DNA of 64,000 nt, taken from IMG/VR virus record IMGVR_UViG_3300021425_004462, positions 32,001-96,000 of that record. The stretch is one strand, 5' to 3'. Positions 59,101-64,000 of this stretch are shown here, piece by piece. Made by a program: the position numbers and the translations under genes. This DNA comes from a virus. The notes beneath the pieces are model-generated. The model ran no database searches. It had not been told where the DNA came from and saw only the letters and a program-made list of their open reading frames with translations. The stretch's first letter is position 1; each line of letters begins with the position of its first letter.

Positions 59101-60413
59101 TCTTCTCTTTCGTCAAATCTAATATTATCTAACTTAATGGAAGTAGCAACTTTTTTTAGAGTTCCGCCTTCCTCTAAGCCATTTTCTGTTAAATTTAAAT
59201 ATTCTTGAATACCATATTCATCAACGGCGGCAAAAGAATAATAATAATCAAACCCAAATTTTTGTTGATTTGAAAAATCTTCCTTACTTCCAGCTTTACC
59301 GAACGAACCAAAAATTGGAGGTTTTCCAAGATCTTGCCAGTATTCGGTTGAGGGAGGAGAAGTATTGCTTGGGTCATTTTGGTGATTTTTCTTAGCTTCA
59401 TATACCTTACCATCTTCAAATAAAACTTTATCTCCAATATCATATTGAGTTGTAGATAATTGAGAATATTCTTCTGCATCTCTAATCGAAGTATAATAAT
59501 TGACATTATCAACAATGCTATTTGAGCTATAAATTTCATAGTCCTGCTGAATATAAAAACCTTGACAATTTAAATTTAAAAAGTCAGTATCTGCACAAAT
59601 ATATGACGCATTGAATTTCCCACCCTCCATATTATATAGAAAATTATCTATATTAGATGGGTAATTTATTCCAGTCATAACCCCAGTACAAGTTCTATTA
59701 AACTTATCGTGAGCAACAATCTCAAGGGTTAAATTTCGATCTATATCTAATTCATTAAAAAAGTTTTCATTTAAATTTATAGAAAAATCCCTATAGTTAT
59801 TTAATGAACCTAAAACATCTTGAGACAAAAGGATATCTCGCAACGCTTCTGATTCGCTCAATATAGAGTTATCAATTGCCTCGGGATTCTCACCGGTTTT
59901 AAAGGATAGTGAAAACTTATTAAAAAAAGTGTCGCCGAGCAATTCGCTTGAAAGAACCTGACCCTCTTTTGCATGTCCGTATGGAGCTATCAAACTCCAA
60001 GATATATCTGCGGATCTTCCTACGTATTCTGATTTTATGTAAAGAGAATCTCCCTGTGTTAAAGGTTCTTTAATAATCTCTTTTCCAATAGATGCATCAT
60101 TAGGAAGATTATCTATATTAATATCTGAAAATGTAAAAGTATTTTCCAAAAAATTAGGAAAAATTTCAATTCTATCTTGAATAAATTCAGAACGAATACC
60201 TATATCACTTACAGCAAAAATTCTAACATCAAAAATTCCATAATTACCCTGAAGGGGAACTGATTTGAAAACACTATCCCCTTCACTTTCAACCAAAGAT
60301 GAGCCCCTTCCTAATTCGTATCTAAATGAGTAATTATCAGAAGTGCCAACAACTTCATAACTTGCGTTAAGGTCGTTAACCGTAAATTCTACACCTATAG
60401 CTGTTCTAGACAT
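53184..60413 (-). CDS. Giant central tail fibre/receptor-binding protein with FN3-like, CBM-like and C-terminal peptidase S74 chaperone domains
   Basis: FWVRPVD.AGN, IGSAHIQNAAITNAKI, Y..GD.V..G..Y.A...W, SSDKRLKDNI...GLIAQDV...AIKE. Confidence 0.85.
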   Translation of the reverse strand: MSRTAIGVEFTVNDLNASYEVVGTSDNYSFRYELGRGSSLVESEGDSVFKSVPLQGNYGIFDVRIFAVSDIGIRSEFIQDRIEIFPNFLENTFTFSDINIDNLPNDASIGKEIIKEPLTQGDSLYIKSEYVGRSADISWSLIAPYGHAKEGQVLSSELLGDTFFNKFSLSFKTGENPEAIDNSILSESEALRDILLSQDVLGSLNNYRDFSINLNENFFNELDIDRNLTLEIVAHDKFNRTCTGVMTGINYPSNIDNFLYNMEGGKFNASYICADTDFLNLNCQGFYIQQDYEIYSSNSIVDNVNYYTSIRDAEEYSQLSTTQYDIGDKVLFEDGKVYEAKKNHQNDPSNTSPPSTEYWQDLGKPPIFGSFGKAGSKEDFSNQQKFGFDYYYSFAAVDEYGIQEYLNLTENGLEEGGTLKKVATSIKLDNIRFDEREDDLIFNWDVVDGVGNLVDLNQYKFLFKQDVVPGIVGISGSLFDPHTNEFLTGITEGNDTLSSNVDDLGNRPLVGNIHNAKVFYNFEYTRELNNQIHGDKYLPESGKRSVGLELGIINNLGEVIQKERIIGDNPPPVIKTQGFTADSKDQVTKVKFNFNYANGRGEKTSEVVLYRSDKENFSILDSNKKPIRGEAPFVKSVLGAGDLSFGDNINQIIDDNPEVGEEITGYYYKILPFDDFGSGQLFECTNNQGNLEKVWVLPKNYYSRNPNSYPGPALNITTDEIPGPVEGLEGNTSFENYFLNWSQPGSQIKDNGLINSKPNDIDYYEVWQSTGLSDKFLEFSDGKFLSQHQNSTGYRRIEGVQYTIGEIPKEFNDFAGDIVNATNIFNIDASAPSVQASQKGLANDRRYFWVRPVDFAGNKGPFTGSSNSSSDNLEGLELTLGQVKTTDISDFEQNITTAFPNTLSLVPNNPFKGNTSEGSVEWVRHFVYYQGTGYVIEAGKTEDPFIYWSATGRIPTHDKNIVQLTSQQKEELGLVGEGGGNELLTSEISNPLRNIVYSGGYDTSSYHPAGEGTSIGVDEAKINLLGETDDFIIARNAGGIPSPMWHSFSNASIGSAHIQNAAITNAKIHNLTADKLRSEVIYGQDLQIGGNNLSGQIRSAGFGGLDSKDSNGAPQQGFAVSGDGTFVFQTPDGKLFFDGDSLTLFGKLKQFDGAEYTFLDMSAEPKSFMYVEQSDGTYLPARQEDKCVFTATYQNSTMGPHDVLFRLSSPDGYEFFSYDQFKNSRNGDLYEISGFKYDASLFSDGSDGALRARLAKAELSVTGFEKMIRFNDESSSSILPQYSSVIINVSGAKTSMERSLAVDFVADGASAVYVDLDVENQIYNYDFDGFFDEDKNESNDLKLSAGAFNTFGNVRFDFYTGKSLKPSDLVLLENNENNWSINGALGTASLIDKYGDHIPRMSMTPFTCKVSAIHENVDLGNGPTDLFLASDFVTVYGSQPGNDSYTVLLENENHTYVADEYGQVTTSLLAEGKTAIIFRRGHKYYNFDSSSPYESDSYSVGTIAHNLKDFTLGTNYRINTITRTIDGAQVKLAELEILNLPERLIDSNDNIVSEAVLDLPIFDNKYVDNSANDEFPPVRFDKKYTFTKSREGKKSRGIELSVTDQTIQYDTVGNVRAPTSIDVEVEGFNFHNNNPEFIFYKYSNTNNEWQILHPPLGTKPVPNDIDNPPASYKTKDKKITLAIGSGSGKIAGTYESNDLPIKIKCRSWDGSNNESSSDFEFVAEDRTTIFGLKEGSNALTVVMSQEFSNVPVTLGANNQENLNFDNTLNTISVFEGVTSFSYQNVKANLAPEQFHVETTLSGVTLDSNTTKPSFKVASWTSSSNIAHIDYQITVKDQDGQSKTFTKRQSLSKNKEGSPARAVDLTASPVQAVSYNEDDLTKITSGDITISAAPRNDLGGNKFYKYSKSGLGTLKRIGGGSYTEGSYIEDLDEIVYVPPADIKGTSESLLATITCNFSETGSANSELASDQISIFALRAGSNATTIILSNEHHGLTYDLENDPSPTGSGTNIQVFLGSVALTPRKYGSAAGEVTSGSQLSDGEFFVQASPSSNITAGSQSISSKTLIFADASGFKSTDNGAFINYNITVKDFKGQVSASPITKKQTFSVTFKGDRGERGSGPSYRGEWNDATNYKGAVGDNLNVDIVRYGGSDYIALRDNVNKRPDQNTSDWRSLGAQFSSVATKLLITESSVVKDILTIGDQDDYDNNGTAYIRTHNENFFMAGILNGDNKFALGQSASDLITINHATISNAKNITSAEATITDLTSTSITSPTINGTTINASSSLNGGDITGTSLTVTGDVVAFYGSSSDKRLKDNIIEIKNPLSKILSIKGVEFEWNNKSKIYSGKDYGLIAQDVKKIAPHLVKQREDGYLGLKYDGIIPFLVGAIKEQQKTIESLEERISKLENNF

Positions 60414-63400
60414 TATATACTTAAATCTGAAAGGATTAAACTTGTTGGGGCTTCAGGCAAAGTCATATTAGCCTGAGGCGGAATTGGCATTAAAGGAACT
60501 CTAACAGACGAGTCCTTGTCGACAAAATTAAATTTAGAAGAGTTATACTCAATACCTTGAACTTCATATTGATTGTTATCTAATTCTTTTACACTTAATG
60601 TCCTAAATAATTGAGATTCAAAAGCCCTAGAAGCTTTAGTGCTTACATCTTCAACAAAATAAATTTCTCCTTTATCGGATATTGTTGCGCCTTGAAATTG
60701 CTCATAAGCAGAAGTAGAATCAATTAATTCTATAGTATTAACATCAATATATATTGTATTCCATTCTTTATTTATAATATTATTTAAGCCCTGATTAGAA
60801 GAATTGAAATTTTTAATTTTTATTTTTCTATTTTTAAATAAATCAACTCCATGATTTTCATTTAATTTTATTATAAGAGCGTTAACGTTTTGCCTAGAGC
60901 TGTCTTCTGAAGAGCTTTCTATACTCAATATCTCAGATTCATTATAAGCAGGATTCGAAGATTCTTCTAAATAATTACTAACTTCTGAAGGAACCGATGT
61001 TGGGATTTGATTAGAGTTGGAAGATTCTCTAAGTTTCAAACCTAAAAATTGACTAGACACATGAATAACATCAAAATTTCTATCTCCTAATAAATATGTA
61101 TCACCTACAGAGTACCCAGATATGTTATTATAAACATATATTCTTATTGGGTCAGGGTTGCTACCTTCATACACAACCGCAGCCCACGAACCTCCAGATA
61201 TTGCATCGAGGTAAAACCATGCAATTTTATTCTCTCCAAAAGAATGCGTTTTTGCTATTTCTGAATTACTCCACACCCAACCTATTTCTGTCCAAAAAAA
61301 CCAAAACCCATCATTCCCAGAATTATCTTTATTAACCATATTTCCTAAGTACAACCAACCAAAACTCACAGACCAAAACCAATCACTACCCTCAGGATTA
61401 TATATTTGTCCAAATAAGCTTGAATTATAAAATTTGTCAGGCTCAGGGTTACCTGATTGATTAACAAAAACTCTATTCAAAACCCCGCTATAGGTAGAAG
61501 GTTGCCCTCTGGAGCCGCTAGATCCGAAAAGGCCTCTTAAAGAGAATGATGCACCTATTTCTAGCTTTTTGAACGCTTTTAAGGTTGCTTGGGAAATAGA
61601 ACTACCTATATCTTCTACAGAAACAAAATGCTCGCCACCCTCATTAAGGAAGTAATCTTTTCCTTCGTCAATTATATTAACCTCCTTACCATTGGAGGTT
61701 TCTGATACCTTAAACGTATTCGATGTAGAGTTTATTACAAAATAAGAACTAACCCCCTTCTTTTCTTTATCTAAGCCAGACGGCAAAACCCCAAGAGAAG
61801 AAAATCTAACTCTATCACCATCCTGAAGACCGTGTTTATATATATTTATTGTATTAGTTGCAGTGTCTACAAAAAATTGAAATTTTATCCTTAAATCCGA
61901 AATAAGAGTTTTTTGCCCTTGAGGCCCTTTGTTTTTAAGATTTTCATCAACAATTATAGACCCATCGAATCTTAAAGCTTGAGGGGCGCCAATAGAATCT
62001 ATATCTATATCTTGATCCTCTTTAGATATTTCATTAATAGCTCTTGCAGAAATAGATTCATAAGTTTCTCTATCAAGCCCAGTATTTATTAAAATTTCTA
62101 CACGCCTGATATTAGGCACATTCCTTAAACTCTTATCTATTAAAATACTTAACCTATCTTTTTCTTTTGTATCTCCATTTTCATCAATATATTCACTTTT
62201 TGTTAACAAATCAAGTATTCTTCCACTCATAGACTCTCCACTTCTATTTTCGTCAGACACCTCGAAAACCGAACCTGGATAAAGAAATGCTCCTTCCGTA
62301 CCAGTAACAAATTGAATTTTTTCTGATTCTAAATTAGAAGAAGCAAGAACCCATTTAGCTAATCTCCTGGCCATACTTTTAGAAGTTATCCCTAACCCCA
62401 TAGTTTCTTTTTCTATATAACCATATATTTGCATAGCGGCCGGATCTTCTTCGTAAACAACATCAGGCTTATAGTTCTTTTCTCTATTATTAAATCTTAC
62501 AAGACTCGCGGTAATTTTTTTATTCCTTGCGAATCCAGAATATGAAAACCCTTCTTTTTTTCTTACATTAGAATTGTTAAATAGAATAATTGGATTTTTT
62601 TTCGAATCTTGCACTACTGATATTTTACCCGCGGTGTATATAACCATACCCCTGAATAATGAAGCTAGAGAATTAAGAGAGTTAACTGCTTCAGACTGTT
62701 CAGTTAAATATAGATTGCAAGCAAATCTTGGTTCAACAGTAGAATGGTTAATCTGAGTAGCGCAAGCTCCGATTGTCTTTCTAATATTGCCATCAGCATA
62801 AGATGATGGCACATCATTAAAAGCTGGCCCAGATAATGTTAAAACCATTTTACTACCATTTAACACTTCAGACCTTATCAAAAATCTTTCCTCAATATTG
62901 TACTCCCCGCTCCTAATTGAAGAATTTTTAGATAAATTTTTCCTTACAGCTATGGCTTTCGATGAAGTCCCTGAGATTTGATCATCAGAATAATTATGTT
63001 GATGAATGAAAAAAGCAACTTTCTTACCTTGGAACTGTTGATTTTTTCCAAAATCTTTTAAAAAATCCTCAACCCCATATGCAACTTCTTGTATATTTCC
63101 AGAAACATTTACGTATTGAATAGAGTCAATAGTTATAGTAAAACTTCCGGCAGAAGTTCCTGAATTATAGTCTATATCATTATTTGTAGTAAAAGCCAAA
63201 GGGAATCCCGTTTTAGTTTCTATTGGATAATTAGTCTCAACAAGTTCATCGCAATATTTTGATATCTTATAGAGCTGCCACTTATCAACCATTAAATCAC
63301 TTACGCCGTATCTACCAAGCCCATACCTATAATTAGTTAACAAATCAAAAAAGACCCAAGCAGGATTATTACTCCAATATTTTTTTTCATCAGATATAGA

Positions 63401-64000
63401 AAAAATGGATTGATTTTCATCTGATTGCCCTTTAAATAAACCGTCCCAAGGCCCATCGTATCGCCTAGACTCAGGGTCATAGTTAGAAGGAATTAATACT
63501 TTTTTAAGTTTTGCGTGATAAGACCTTAAAGGTATATTTTGGAAATTTTTACTATCAAAACGAATTTTTACGGCGGCAGTATTTGGGTAAATTAGTTTTT
63601 CATTTATCATTTCTTGAACATAAGCAATTCTTAGCATTTTATTCCTCATAACTCCACCAACATTTCCAATATATGTACTATTTGATCCTAACGGATTATC
63701 GTAAGCTACATTGTTAGCTTGATCTTTTGTCAGATCAAGTTCTGCATTTAATTTTACTACAGAAAAACTTAATTGCTCAGAGTTATTAAAAAATAATACC
63801 TTTGGATCATATTTTATAGAAATACTAAAGTTGTAAGAGCTTGACGCTAACCCCTGCACAAAGAAGAACTGATTAGAGCCTGACTCTATAATTTGTATAC
63901 CTCTAGTAATTTTTGATGAATTTACCTCTGTTGCGCCTTCCGTCGCTTTTATGAAATCTATATCGCTACGACTAATTCCACTATCAGGGTTTAAAATATT
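60413..64000 (-). CDS. Tail tip/host-specificity protein J (lambda gpJ-like); 5' end lies outside the window
   Basis: YPNTA, IPSNYDP, WDG.FK, SNNPAW..FDL, RYGLG, CDELV, EPRF.CN, G.TS...ARR..W; frame is open to base 64000. Confidence 0.9.
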   Translation of the reverse strand, partial: NILNPDSGISRSDIDFIKATEGATEVNSSKITRGIQIIESGSNQFFFVQGLASSSYNFSISIKYDPKVLFFNNSEQLSFSVVKLNAELDLTKDQANNVAYDNPLGSNSTYIGNVGGVMRNKMLRIAYVQEMINEKLIYPNTAAVKIRFDSKNFQNIPLRSYHAKLKKVLIPSNYDPESRRYDGPWDGLFKGQSDENQSIFSISDEKKYWSNNPAWVFFDLLTNYRYGLGRYGVSDLMVDKWQLYKISKYCDELVETNYPIETKTGFPLAFTTNNDIDYNSGTSAGSFTITIDSIQYVNVSGNIQEVAYGVEDFLKDFGKNQQFQGKKVAFFIHQHNYSDDQISGTSSKAIAVRKNLSKNSSIRSGEYNIEERFLIRSEVLNGSKMVLTLSGPAFNDVPSSYADGNIRKTIGACATQINHSTVEPRFACNLYLTEQSEAVNSLNSLASLFRGMVIYTAGKISVVQDSKKNPIILFNNSNVRKKEGFSYSGFARNKKITASLVRFNNREKNYKPDVVYEEDPAAMQIYGYIEKETMGLGITSKSMARRLAKWVLASSNLESEKIQFVTGTEGAFLYPGSVFEVSDENRSGESMSGRILDLLTKSEYIDENGDTKEKDRLSILIDKSLRNVPNIRRVEILINTGLDRETYESISARAINEISKEDQDIDIDSIGAPQALRFDGSIIVDENLKNKGPQGQKTLISDLRIKFQFFVDTATNTINIYKHGLQDGDRVRFSSLGVLPSGLDKEKKGVSSYFVINSTSNTFKVSETSNGKEVNIIDEGKDYFLNEGGEHFVSVEDIGSSISQATLKAFKKLEIGASFSLRGLFGSSGSRGQPSTYSGVLNRVFVNQSGNPEPDKFYNSSLFGQIYNPEGSDWFWSVSFGWLYLGNMVNKDNSGNDGFWFFWTEIGWVWSNSEIAKTHSFGENKIAWFYLDAISGGSWAAVVYEGSNPDPIRIYVYNNISGYSVGDTYLLGDRNFDVIHVSSQFLGLKLRESSNSNQIPTSVPSEVSNYLEESSNPAYNESEILSIESSSEDSSRQNVNALIIKLNENHGVDLFKNRKIKIKNFNSSNQGLNNIINKEWNTIYIDVNTIELIDSTSAYEQFQGATISDKGEIYFVEDVSTKASRAFESQLFRTLSVKELDNNQYEVQGIEYNSSKFNFVDKDSSVRVPLMPIPPQANMTLPEAPTSLILSDLSI

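Noticed and set aside
1-64000. Stop-codon reassignment, tRNA/rRNA genes, inteins
   Set aside because: Standard-code ORFs tile the window. Intergenic gaps are short and AT-rich with no cloverleaf, and DnaB, RecA and NrdB are of normal length without intein motifs

Overview
AT-rich (roughly 30% GC by eye), densely coding fragment of a large tailed dsDNA phage (Caudoviricetes) using the standard genetic code. It carries a portal gene, a lambda-J-like tail tip, a 2409-aa fibre with an S74 chaperone, and DnaB/DnaG/RecA/SSB/SSAP, sigma factor, dNMP kinase and RNR beta. The host is probably a PVC bacterium (most likely Verrucomicrobiota), inferred from a DUF1501 + DUF1549/DUF1553 pair, a TorF-like barrel, Trp-rich 'GWxY/W' repeats and a Chlamydia-type RNR beta. 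Main points: (1) an exported host-envelope module (Tat DUF1501 + CxxCH-bearing PSD1 protein) beside a type III PKS; (2) about 14 glycosyltransferase-like genes plus gmd/fcl, interleaved with virion-like proteins rich in (S/T)-G or DISSL repeats, a candidate virion glycosylation system; (3) three apparent promoter classes: leaderless sigma70 promoters, one sigma54 promoter on Hsp20, and a recurrent GTGTA-N9-10-start motif (13 sites) that looks like a phage late promoter; (4) an apparent GC-skew inflection at the divergent 40.2-kb intergenic region. No tRNA, rRNA, CRISPR array or transposase was seen. All family calls come from recognising motifs by eye, not from database searches.
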